A DNA stretch of 64,000 bases from a virus (taxonomy: Duplodnaviria; Heunggongvirae; Uroviricota; Caudoviricetes). Location: IMG/VR virus record IMGVR_UViG_3300010965_000004, positions 44,708-108,707 of that record, one strand, 5' to 3'. Below, piece by piece: positions 53,024-61,260 of this stretch. Positions within the stretch are counted from its first letter, which is position 1; every line of letters begins with the position of its first letter. Both the position numbers and the translations under genes were made by a program. The notes under the pieces are model-generated. The model worked only from the letters and a program-made list of their open reading frames with translations. It was not told the DNA's origin and did no database searches.

Positions 53024-53076
53024 CAACTATTATTGAAATAGTCAACTATTATTGAAATAGTCAATTATATGAATAG
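53003..53076 (+). repeat. 19-bp tandem direct repeat x3.9 (GTCAACTATTATTGAAATA)
   Basis: copies at 53003, 53022, 53041 + degenerate 53060; unit equals the D-stem 3' strand + anticodon stem-loop of tRNA-like X. Confidence 0.8.
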
Positions 53077-53224
53077 GGGTCCGGCCCAGGCTAGTGGTCG
53101 GATCCCGCCTAAAGCTCTCTCAACTTGCTATAGCAAGGAAATGGTACCCAAACTCCCCAGTTATGGCCCGAATATTTCAGAGAGAGCTTCAGACGGGATT
53201 AAAACTTATTCAGAAGGAGAAGAA

Positions 53225-53413
53225 ATGAATCAAGAATCTTGGGTCATCGTTTGGATTGTAGGAATGCTGTTTAGCCTTGTGTTCATTTATATGACCATAG
53301 GGTATACAGGTTTGTGTTGTATGTTTCCCGAAGGTAAACGTTGGTGGCATACCCCATCAGAGCTTCTTTCCTTATCTTTTTTTGCAGCTCTAATTCACTT
53401 TCATCCATTCTAA
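53225..53413 (+). CDS. small membrane protein
   Basis: 62 aa from ATG 53225 (RBS AAGGAG); the track's earlier 53069 start lies in a structured GC-rich leader. Confidence 0.4.
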   Translation: MNQESWVIVWIVGMLFSLVFIYMTIGYTGLCCMFPEGKRWWHTPSELLSLSFFAALIHFHPF

Positions 53414-53422
53414 AGGACTATT

Positions 53423-53638
53423 ATGTGCCGTCAATCAAAAAATCGTAAACAAGCAGCTCGTTCCAAACAGGCTCGTGGTGAGAAGGCAAGACAGCACTTT
53501 GCTGAAGGCCAGGCTCACATGAAATGTCCACACCAACAAGTGGCCCCGTGCTGGCTGGTACCAAATACCAAGAAACGCAGCTGGTGGAACAAGAAAGCTC
53601 CGTCAGTAACTCGTCGTGATCTTGGTCTGAGCGACTGA
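53423..53638 (+). CDS. small basic protein, GC-rich
   Basis: 71 aa, Lys/Arg-rich. Confidence 0.35.
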   Translation: MCRQSKNRKQAARSKQARGEKARQHFAEGQAHMKCPHQQVAPCWLVPNTKKRSWWNKKAPSVTRRDLGLSD

Positions 53639-53640
53639 TC

Positions 53641-53949
53641 ATGAAACCCTTGTCCAAGATGCACCGAAGGGTTCTGGATAAGAAAAACGGGCTTAACGTT
53701 AGTTCTCTTGTGCCCCCAAAATACAAGATTACTGCTGGCAAAGGTAAAAAGGGAAGAAACTGTAACGTTACTGCCTGCCAGCAGTTAGGTGCTACGTGGT
53801 ATAATCGAGTTATGAAAGCTTGGTATTGTCCACGTTGCGCTCGGGAAATAAATCTCTGGTCGGTTAAAGATGGTCATGGAGAAATCTGTGCCCTTGATCC
53901 AGAAGCAGAGGTTATCTACGACGCAGAGCCAGAAGAAGTAATCACATAG
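53641..53949 (+). CDS. zinc-ribbon protein
   Basis: 102 aa; CNVTAC...CPRCAREI...GEICALD Cys clusters; ATGA-coupled. Confidence 0.4.
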   Translation: MKPLSKMHRRVLDKKNGLNVSSLVPPKYKITAGKGKKGRNCNVTACQQLGATWYNRVMKAWYCPRCAREINLWSVKDGHGEICALDPEAEVIYDAEPEEVIT

Positions 53950-53956
53950 TAACCGA

Positions 53957-54046
53957 GCGGGTGTGGCAGAGCCTGGTTTATTGCACCTGCCTTCCAAGCA
54001 GGAGGTGTTAACTCATCCACGAGTTCGAATCTCGTCACCCGCTCCA
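53957..54046 (+). tRNA. type II tRNA with anticodon loop CTTCCAA (anticodon UCC by position); identity uncertain, Sec/Ser-like architecture
   Basis: GCGGGTG/CACCCGC acceptor, 3-4 bp D-stem with long loop, CCTGC-CTTCCAA-GCAGG, 16-nt variable arm, ACGAGTTCGAATCTCGT, U73 + CCA; loop differs by one base from tRNA-Sec CTTCAAA. Confidence 0.45.
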
Positions 54047-54062
54047 CCAAACAAGGAAGAGT

Positions 54063-54260
54063 ATGAATTTCTTTTTAATAAGCCTAGTTATTATCCTGGC
54101 TGGCAGTGGGTTTTTGTATTGGCGCTACACAAAGGCTACCCAATTAACCAGGGATGCTTTATGGGAAATGATGGAGATTAGTGTTGTAGCATTAGTTTCG
54201 CTGAGTGTAGGTATTTTACTCATTATGAACATAATTCACTTTTTCAGAGGTATTTCATGA
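54063..54260 (+). CDS. small membrane protein
   Basis: 65 aa, two TM helices. Confidence 0.4.
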   Translation: MNFFLISLVIILAGSGFLYWRYTKATQLTRDALWEMMEISVVALVSLSVGILLIMNIIHFFRGIS

Positions 54261-54844
54261 AACGAACTTTGCTTTTCCTCGTAGTTTGTATCTCAATGTT
54301 CCTCTCTGGCTGTGGCTACAACAGCTTCCAAACCAAGGACGAACAAATCAATGCGGCTTGGGCCGAAGTTGTAAACCAGTACCAACGTCGTATGGACTTG
54401 ATTCCGAACCTCGTGGCTGTCGTTGAAAAATACGCTTCCCATGAAAAGGATACGTTCGTTGGTCTTGCTGCTGCCAGAGCTTCGGCTAGTGCGGTGCAAG
54501 TAACCCCAGCTTTGATGAACGATCTTACCGCCTTCAAGAAGTTCCAGGCTGCTCAAGGTGAAATCGGCCAATTCCTTTCCCGTTTGATGGTGGTCAAGGA
54601 ACAATACCCAGAACTGAAAGCAGACAAACGGTTTGCTGAACTCCAGGCCCAGCTTGAAGGTGCGGAAAATCGTATCACAATTGCACGTAACCGGTACATC
54701 AAATCTGTGCAGGAATACAACATACAGATTCGTCAGTTTCCAACCAATCTGACAGCTATGGTGTTCAGCTACGAAGCCAAACCTCAATTTACAGTCGAAA
54801 ATGAAAAGCAGATCTCGACTGCACCTAAGGTCCAATTCAAATGA
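54257..54844 (+). CDS. lemA: LemA-family protein
   Basis: 195 aa; N-terminal TM/lipobox (LSGCGYNSFQ); ...INAAWAEVVNQYQRRMDLIPNLVAVVEKYASHEKDTF... typical LemA. Confidence 0.6.
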   Translation: MKRTLLFLVVCISMFLSGCGYNSFQTKDEQINAAWAEVVNQYQRRMDLIPNLVAVVEKYASHEKDTFVGLAAARASASAVQVTPALMNDLTAFKKFQAAQGEIGQFLSRLMVVKEQYPELKADKRFAELQAQLEGAENRITIARNRYIKSVQEYNIQIRQFPTNLTAMVFSYEAKPQFTVENEKQISTAPKVQFK

Positions 54845-55875
54845 AAAGACTACAACGTATCTTTGTAGCATTCTGTGTAGTATACACAATGCTATACTTT
54901 ACTGGCGTTGTTGCTAGTAAAGCGGTTATCCCATCCAAGCCTTCTGTCGGCTACGTCCTTGACCAAACCGGCACTTTGACTCAGGCTGAGATTCAGAAGA
55001 TCAACTCTGTGGCTAACGTCTTAGAAACTTCCAAAAAGGTTTCGATGGCTACTCTTATTATCTCCACTACCAATGGGGAAGCAATCGAGCAGTATGCTCA
55101 TCGTGTAGCCGAGAAGTGGAAGCCAGGAATTGATGGGGTCGGCAAAGGTGCCCTCCTTGTTATTGCCAAAGCTGACCGGAAATTCAGGGTGGAAGTGTCA
55201 AGAAACCTTGAAGGGGAATGGCCTGATGGTGCTATCAAAAATGTCCTTGATTCAAACAAGAAGTATTTCAAGGATGGAAAATTTGGTGATGGTATCGTGG
55301 CCGTTATCTCAGCTCTGACAGCCAGGGCTGAGGCACCAGCTCCTGCAGCTGTGGCAGTAGCCTCAGCCGATGAAGGAGTTGATCCTTTGTGGTGGGTTGG
55401 TCTTTTCAGCGTTATTCTCATAGCTTGTATCCTTGTGTACCATTTCTGGACCAAGGCACAAGAGGAAAAACGCCGTGAAGAACAGGAAGCTGCTGATCGT
55501 AAATGGCAAATGGACTTGGAAGCAATGAGAAAACAACGGAAAATAGCGGAGCAACGGGAATTGATACAAACAACTTCCACTCCATATGTCAGCCCGACAG
55601 CCAGGCCAAATATCAGAGTAACCCCAAGCACTTTGGTTGCAGCTGCTGCGGTTGCTGGATTGGCTGGGGCTGCTATCAGTAAGCCAAAGCCAAAACCTGC
55701 TCCGGTGCGGAGATCAGAACCAGAGCCTGAGCCGTATCGCTCGTCGTATCGCTCGTCTTCTTCTGATGACTCCAGTTCGAGATCATCGTCCTCATCGTCT
55801 TCTGATTCCAGCTCTTTCTCCAGCTCGTCGTCTTCGGACTATAGTGGTGGTGGCAGTAGCAGCAGTTTCGACTAA
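54841..55875 (+). CDS. TPM-domain (TLP18.3/Psb32/MOLO-1) protein with TM segment and Ser-rich tail
   Basis: 344 aa; GYVLDQTGTLTQAEIQKIN...GALLVIAKADRKFRVEVSRNLEGEWPD = TPM domain; ATGA-coupled to lemA; C-terminal poly-Ser. Confidence 0.6.
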   Translation: MKRLQRIFVAFCVVYTMLYFTGVVASKAVIPSKPSVGYVLDQTGTLTQAEIQKINSVANVLETSKKVSMATLIISTTNGEAIEQYAHRVAEKWKPGIDGVGKGALLVIAKADRKFRVEVSRNLEGEWPDGAIKNVLDSNKKYFKDGKFGDGIVAVISALTARAEAPAPAAVAVASADEGVDPLWWVGLFSVILIACILVYHFWTKAQEEKRREEQEAADRKWQMDLEAMRKQRKIAEQRELIQTTSTPYVSPTARPNIRVTPSTLVAAAAVAGLAGAAISKPKPKPAPVRRSEPEPEPYRSSYRSSSSDDSSSRSSSSSSSDSSSFSSSSSSDYSGGGSSSSFD

Positions 55876-55884
55876 GTAGTTATA

Positions 55885-55911
55885 AAGGGGGATTCACTTC
55901 TCCCTTTTTTT
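55885..55911 (+). terminator. rho-independent terminator
   Basis: AAGGGGGA-TTCACTTC-TCCCTTT + TTTTT. Confidence 0.6.
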
Positions 55912-55921
55912 ACCCAAAACC

Positions 55922-55945
55922 TGGTATAAGTAAGTTGTAGAAGTA
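55922..55945 (+). promoter_or_regulatory. conserved phage promoter
   Basis: AAAACCTGGTATAAGTAAGTTGTAGAAG; RBS AAGGAGCCAGTTATG. Confidence 0.5.
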
Positions 55946-55967
55946 ATCATTTACTAAGGAGCCAGTT

Positions 55968-56192
55968 ATGAATGTTTCTGTGACTACTGTAGATATTTCA
56001 AAAGCCGGAGAGCAATTAAGTCGAGCTTTCCGAGAGCAAGAACTACAAAGAAAAGAGCAGCTCCTAAAGGGTAAACTCTACCGAAAAAAACAAGAAAGAA
56101 TGAGGCTGGAAAATGAAATCCCCATTCTGGAAAGAGAACATATTGCAATTCTCTTTGTGATGAACAGAGAAGGAATTACCGTAAGGAGTTGA
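55968..56192 (+). CDS. hypothetical coiled-coil protein
   Basis: 74-aa ORF. Confidence 0.4.
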   Translation: MNVSVTTVDISKAGEQLSRAFREQELQRKEQLLKGKLYRKKQERMRLENEIPILEREHIAILFVMNREGITVRS

Positions 56193-56202
56193 TTGATTTT
56201 AA

Positions 56203-56228
56203 AGCCAGGATTCTCTGGCTTTTTTTAT
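56203..56228 (+). terminator. rho-independent terminator
   Basis: AGCCAGG-ATTCT-CTGGCT + TTTTTTT. Confidence 0.6.
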
Positions 56229-56240
56229 AGGTGAACAACC

Positions 56241-56951
56241 ATGAAACTAATAGATTTAACTAATGAAACATTTGGAAGTTGGAAAGTAATAAAACGAGGA
56301 ACCGATCTAAATCAAAAACCAACCTGGATTTGTAAATGTGCTTGTGGGGTAGAAAAAGAAGTTCTAAGTAGATCCTTGAGAAGAGGGAGTTCTACCTCCT
56401 GTGGATGTTCCAAAGCCATAGATATGACAGGGATAAAGATGGGAAGGCTACTTATCTTAAATAGATCAGGCTCTTTGGTTAATTCTTTAGGTGAAAAAGA
56501 AGCAGCATTATGGAATTGTAAATGTGACTGTGGAAAAGAAACTGTAGTTTCCGGGAATGATCTACGTAGTGGCCACACTAAGTCTTGTGGGTGCTTACAA
56601 AGAGATACTGCCGCTTCTTCTAAAACAACAAGCGGACAATACCTAGCCGGAGAAATGAGTCCAGCCAGAAGTGAAGATCTTAGAACTTGGAGATCTTGGA
56701 TTTCTATGTTACGCAGATGTTATAGCTCCTATAGTAATAGATACAAATATTATGGGGAAAGAGGTATTACCGTATGTGATAGATGGAACCCGCAAAAAGG
56801 AGGAACTTTTTTAAATTTTCTTTCCGATATGGGAACTCGCCCAATAGATAAAACCCTAGATAGAAAAAACGTAAATTCTAATTATGAGAAGTCTAATTGT
56901 AGATGGGCTACTAATAAAGAACAGGCTAATAATAAAAGGAAAAGTACATGA
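56241..56951 (+). CDS. Cys-repeat (zinc-ribbon repeat) protein, possibly endonuclease-associated
   Basis: 236 aa; repeated W.CKC.CG.E..V modules; YYGERGITVCDRW. Confidence 0.4.
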   Translation: MKLIDLTNETFGSWKVIKRGTDLNQKPTWICKCACGVEKEVLSRSLRRGSSTSCGCSKAIDMTGIKMGRLLILNRSGSLVNSLGEKEAALWNCKCDCGKETVVSGNDLRSGHTKSCGCLQRDTAASSKTTSGQYLAGEMSPARSEDLRTWRSWISMLRRCYSSYSNRYKYYGERGITVCDRWNPQKGGTFLNFLSDMGTRPIDKTLDRKNVNSNYEKSNCRWATNKEQANNKRKST

Positions 56952-58573
56952 GTTCTATCTTAGATCATTCCCCTCTACCAACTATACGAAATTCCCAACG
57001 GGAAGTACTTAAAGCCATAGAAAAAGCATACGGGGAAGGGTATAGAAATGTACTTTTAGAAATGAGTGTTGGTGGTGGGAAAAGTTTCGTGGCAGTAGCT
57101 GCGGCTAAATACTATAAGACAGCCCATATACTAACTCCTCGTAAAAGTTTACAGGACCAGTATTCAGAAGATTTCCGTTCACACCAAGTGGTGCTAATGA
57201 AGGGGAGATCCTCTTACCCTTGTACTTACCCTTCCGCAGATTACAACAAAGCTTTACACAAGCATGTTACTGATGAAATCCGTACAGGGGGAATAGTGCA
57301 GCCTACAGGAACAGAGTTATCCTGTGCAGAGGGTCCTTGCCTGGCTTCCAGGGTGGCTATAGCTCCCTGTACGGGGTTTCCTTTACCAGGAGAGGCAGCT
57401 AAGTACCCTTGCCCATATCACGTTGCTATAGACGTGGCTCAGTCCCACAAGATAATCGTGCACAACCTTCATTCCTTCATTTTCCAAGCCTACTTCACGG
57501 GAAGGTTTGATCAGAGAGAATTAATAGTTATTGACGAGTGCCATGAAATGGAAGGAATTGTTAGGGGATTCGCTTCCAAGAAAGTCTCTATCCCAAAGGT
57601 AATAAAGGATGAAGACATGCCTTTACCCGGAGTCCATAAAACGTTAGAGAGTTGGTCTGAATGGTTTACCCAGTTCAGGAATTTGTTCAAGACTAAGTTA
57701 GACCAATTTGGGGTTAGTGAACAAGAGCGATTTGAGGAACTGTTGCAAGAGCTATGTGACTTGTCAGATCAGTTTGGAGAGAAGTTTGTTTGTGCCATTG
57801 AAAAAGATACACTAAGTAAGAGAACTAAGTTTACCTTCACTCCAGAACAGGTTGGTAACCTTACTAATAAGTTTATGTTGAACTTTGGTAAGAAGCGCTT
57901 GCTTATGTCAGGGACAATTTACAACAAATCTTTATATTGTAAAAACAATGGGTTAGACGAAGAAGAAACTTGTTTCATTAGAATAGGATCCAGCTTTCCA
58001 AAAGCTAACAGACCTATTTACTTTAAAGATGAATACAAAGTTGACACTTCTCATAAACTCTGGGATCAGAATTTCAATGAGATGATCACAAAGATCAAGT
58101 CTATTATGACCATCTTTGATGATGCTAAAGGTCTTATCCACACCCCTTCCTACTTGGCGTCTATTATGTTGAATAACGCCTTAAGAAGTACGGGTAGAAT
58201 GGTTACTCACACTAAAGATGACTTCAACCAAGTGCTACAACAGTTTTATGCTTGTGAAGAGCCCAAAGTTCTTCTTTCCCCTACCTGTCAACAAGGCGTT
58301 GATTTTAACTATGACAGAGCCAGGTTTCAGATCATCTTAAGAGTTCCATACCTCAATACCTCTGACCCCTTTGTGGAGCATAAGGTAAAGAACGATTTCC
58401 CTTGGTACAACTATCAAGCTCTGGTTACTTTTGGTCAAGAGATTGGCCGTATTAACAGAGCTGATGATGATTATGGGGTAACGATTTTAATGGATGAAAG
58501 GTTTGGTAAGTTCATTTCCAAGAATAGGAATGTTCTACCAAAATGGTTAATAGAAGCAATTATTTATAAGTGA
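56948..58573 (+). CDS. SF2 DEAD/DEAH-box helicase, Rad3/XPD/DinG-like with putative Fe-S Cys cluster
   Basis: 541 aa; LEMSVGGGKS (Walker A), VIDECHEMEG (DExH), four Cys between motifs I and II. Confidence 0.55.
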   Translation: MSSILDHSPLPTIRNSQREVLKAIEKAYGEGYRNVLLEMSVGGGKSFVAVAAAKYYKTAHILTPRKSLQDQYSEDFRSHQVVLMKGRSSYPCTYPSADYNKALHKHVTDEIRTGGIVQPTGTELSCAEGPCLASRVAIAPCTGFPLPGEAAKYPCPYHVAIDVAQSHKIIVHNLHSFIFQAYFTGRFDQRELIVIDECHEMEGIVRGFASKKVSIPKVIKDEDMPLPGVHKTLESWSEWFTQFRNLFKTKLDQFGVSEQERFEELLQELCDLSDQFGEKFVCAIEKDTLSKRTKFTFTPEQVGNLTNKFMLNFGKKRLLMSGTIYNKSLYCKNNGLDEEETCFIRIGSSFPKANRPIYFKDEYKVDTSHKLWDQNFNEMITKIKSIMTIFDDAKGLIHTPSYLASIMLNNALRSTGRMVTHTKDDFNQVLQQFYACEEPKVLLSPTCQQGVDFNYDRARFQIILRVPYLNTSDPFVEHKVKNDFPWYNYQALVTFGQEIGRINRADDDYGVTILMDERFGKFISKNRNVLPKWLIEAIIYK

Positions 58574-58935
58574 AAAACATGGACTTAAACGTTTTGGAAG
58601 TTGAGTTGGAGATAGCTAGAAAGATCTTCTGGTTATTAAAAAACGATTATATCTTCTTGACTGAATATAATCACGGAAAAGAGGGCTGGGATGATGGTGC
58701 TTACCCTGCCATAAACTGCAATGATATTTTTGTTCCAGGAGCTCACTCTCAGAATTTACCAGCAGAGGACTTGGACAAATACATTGACTGTGTAAAGAAG
58801 TTTCCTGAGTATGGCCAGTATGCCTGGTGTGGATTTAAGCTTAATGCAAATCCTTGGCGTTGGACGGAAGCCCAAAAGAAAAATCCGGAATATTACAAAG
58901 CCCTTCAGTACTTAAAGGATAAATATGATAACTAA
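58570..58935 (+). CDS. hypothetical protein
   Basis: 121 aa. Confidence 0.4.
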   Translation: MKNMDLNVLEVELEIARKIFWLLKNDYIFLTEYNHGKEGWDDGAYPAINCNDIFVPGAHSQNLPAEDLDKYIDCVKKFPEYGQYAWCGFKLNANPWRWTEAQKKNPEYYKALQYLKDKYDN

Positions 58936-59094
58936 AACACTAAGAGATGAGTTTGCTATGACAGCTCTGATAGGAATGACTAATGTGGGGATTTCCCCTC
59001 AGTCTATGGGGCATGTAGCAAAAACATGTTATGAAATGGCGGATGCCATGATGAAAGCTAGGGAAAAAGACTTTTGTACAAGGGAGCCTGATTG
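58924..59094 (+). CDS. hypothetical small protein
   Basis: 56 aa. Confidence 0.3.
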
Positions 59095-59304
59095 AAAGTA
59101 CAGATAGTAACCAACAATAAGGGTGAGGGTGACTACTTCTATATCTTCTTAGATAATAAACAAATAGAGTCAGGCCACTCTTTAAGTATGTACCATTGGT
59201 CGGAGGTACTTAAAAGAATCCAAGGATACAGAGAAGTTGAATACAAAGATTTAACTGATGAAGAGTTTGAGGCATGGCAACTTGAACTTGAAAACTCTTT
59301 TTAA
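59092..59304 (+). CDS. hypothetical protein
   Basis: 70 aa, TTG start. Confidence 0.3.
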   Translation: MKVQIVTNNKGEGDYFYIFLDNKQIESGHSLSMYHWSEVLKRIQGYREVEYKDLTDEEFEAWQLELENSF

Positions 59305-59321
59305 ACAACCGCCTCCCCTTC

Positions 59322-59345
59322 TGGTATAAGGATAAGGTAAAGGCT
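59322..59345 (+). promoter_or_regulatory. conserved phage promoter
   Basis: TGGTATAAGGATAAGGTAAAGG. Confidence 0.45.
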
Positions 59346-59398
59346 TAGCAGCCACTTCAATTTAACCTAATTACCAGGGGAGGTTATAGGTAGATGAT

Positions 59399-60229
59399 AT
59401 GGAAAAAAGCAGTCCAGTAGTAGCATTTGAACAAGGAGAGCTAGACTGCAAGCCTATCTATTTAGGATTTTGCGGTAAAGAATCCTCGTATTGGTTTTAT
59501 GCATTAAAGCAGGGGGTGCCTAGATTTCTCAAGTATGTTAGTTATTTTCATTGGGATCGTGGGCCACAAGAAGTTCTCAGTATGAAGCCTCTACCTTTGG
59601 AGGTGGAATCCGAATTAAAACAATTTCTAGAAGGAGTGCTTGGATATGAATTCAAGAAGCGAAGAAAGAACAGCAGAGATAGCGAGGCCTTTAGGGTCTT
59701 CCGAAGTCCCGGTGACATTAGTCAAGACTTGCAAGACAAGAAGCCTAAGCGTCCTGCCAGGACACAGGGAATTCAGAGCGATTCAGCTCGAGGAGGATCA
59801 AACGAAGTTGTTGGATGTCCTTCCGTCGATCCCGCTCCTGGACGAGAGATTTCACGAAGCCCACTCGGTCCAAGACGAGAGTCCAAACGACGTGGACATG
59901 CAGTGTCTGTTGGGAATGCCCCCAAGGGGATTGTACCACCCCCTGACGTATCGATAAAAGAGGTTCTGCCAGTACCCCAACCTCTTGTTCCACCTGAACC
60001 AAAGAGGCGTGGCAGACCTCCTAAGAAACAAGAGGTTTCTATTGTTCCAACCATCGTTTCCAGTAACGTGGTTGTAACGGAAATCCAGGAACCGCAACAT
60101 GTTAAACGTAAATACACACGCAAACCAAAACCTGATGGACTGGAATTGGGGAGCGTGGGACTACTGATTCCTCAACCGGAGTTAGTTATTAAGAAAACCA
60201 GAGGCAGACCTAGATTGGTTAAGCCATAG
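59399..60229 (+). CDS. AT-hook-containing basic Pro-rich protein, GC-rich moron
   Basis: 276 aa; KRRGRPPKK and TRGRPRL AT-hook-like motifs. Confidence 0.45.
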   Translation: MEKSSPVVAFEQGELDCKPIYLGFCGKESSYWFYALKQGVPRFLKYVSYFHWDRGPQEVLSMKPLPLEVESELKQFLEGVLGYEFKKRRKNSRDSEAFRVFRSPGDISQDLQDKKPKRPARTQGIQSDSARGGSNEVVGCPSVDPAPGREISRSPLGPRRESKRRGHAVSVGNAPKGIVPPPDVSIKEVLPVPQPLVPPEPKRRGRPPKKQEVSIVPTIVSSNVVVTEIQEPQHVKRKYTRKPKPDGLELGSVGLLIPQPELVIKKTRGRPRLVKP

Positions 60230-60301
60230 TTTTCAAAAAGGGGCTGGCGGAAACTGGATGAAACCATTCCCCCTTTTTTAGTCTATACAAGGATTCGTTT
60301 A

Positions 60302-60325
60302 TGGTATAAGGTTGATAGAGGGTAG
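60302..60325 (+). promoter_or_regulatory. conserved phage promoter
   Basis: TGGTATAAGGTTGATAGAGGG; RBS AAGGAGCCAACATG. Confidence 0.5.
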
Positions 60326-60358
60326 GGCCCTATCTTCTAAAACCTTTAAGGAGCCAAC

Positions 60359-61246
60359 ATGAACGCAAGAGCACAAACTCCCAGGCCACTGAAAATTTTC
60401 TGGACCACACGGGAAGTAAACGAAGTAGTGGCTAAAGCCGCCGAGCTTATTATGGCAGGCAATCCTCCTTTATATAGTGGGGAGATTGCGTATGGGCAAG
60501 TAGTCTTACAAGCTCAGAGTTTCTTGCCAGTTGAACGGCGTCGTCCCCACAACAGTATCAGCTCAAACACTACTATCTTCAAACGGTTAATTGCAACCGA
60601 GATTGACCGAGTAACCGAGGCCAACAAGAGGGCAGTCCAAGAGGCACATGCTGCTGAAGAAGCTGCGGCTGATGTTGCTGCGATAACCCAAGATACAGAG
60701 TCTGCTCCCCCCATTCGTAGTCTGTCTTTGACAGAGCTTCATACACAGTTGGTTTCGTCCATTGAGCAAATGGGTCAAGTCTACAAGGACTTGTTCATTG
60801 CAACTATGCTCAAGGCTGCGTCTGAAGGTTTCAACGAGGTGAATGACTCTATCAAATCCGTCACAGCCACCTTACCAAAGGGACCAATCACCATCCATGC
60901 CCACCAGGAAGTATCGGCCTTTGGTACAGTCCCACGGGGCGCGGTTGAGGTTAAAGCCCACCGGGAAAAGATCATAATTCTCGGAGGTAATGAAAAAGGG
61001 GCCGAACACGTTGTGATCGAAAATGGGTTGGATGATGTCTATAAAATCTCTTATGAAGATGATAGCAGCGTAGATAAAGCTGCTTTGGCCGGTGCAGATC
61101 ACATTGTTGTTAGAGTAAGGTTCTGTTCCCACAGCAAGGTAACTGCTCTACTTAGCACGGTTCCTAAAGACAAGGTTAAATTCATTGAGAGTACATCAGC
61201 TCAGAAAGTAAATGACCATTTGCTGGAGAGATTCGCCAGCATCTAG
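60359..61246 (+). CDS. hypothetical protein
   Basis: 295 aa. Confidence 0.45.
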   Translation: MNARAQTPRPLKIFWTTREVNEVVAKAAELIMAGNPPLYSGEIAYGQVVLQAQSFLPVERRRPHNSISSNTTIFKRLIATEIDRVTEANKRAVQEAHAAEEAAADVAAITQDTESAPPIRSLSLTELHTQLVSSIEQMGQVYKDLFIATMLKAASEGFNEVNDSIKSVTATLPKGPITIHAHQEVSAFGTVPRGAVEVKAHREKIIILGGNEKGAEHVVIENGLDDVYKISYEDDSSVDKAALAGADHIVVRVRFCSHSKVTALLSTVPKDKVKFIESTSAQKVNDHLLERFASI

Positions 61247-61260
61247 ATCGTACTAGAAGC

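Noticed and set aside
53003-53076. 19-bp direct repeats looked superficially like a CRISPR array
   Set aside because: Units are contiguous with no spacers and equal a tRNA anticodon-arm segment; no cas genes present
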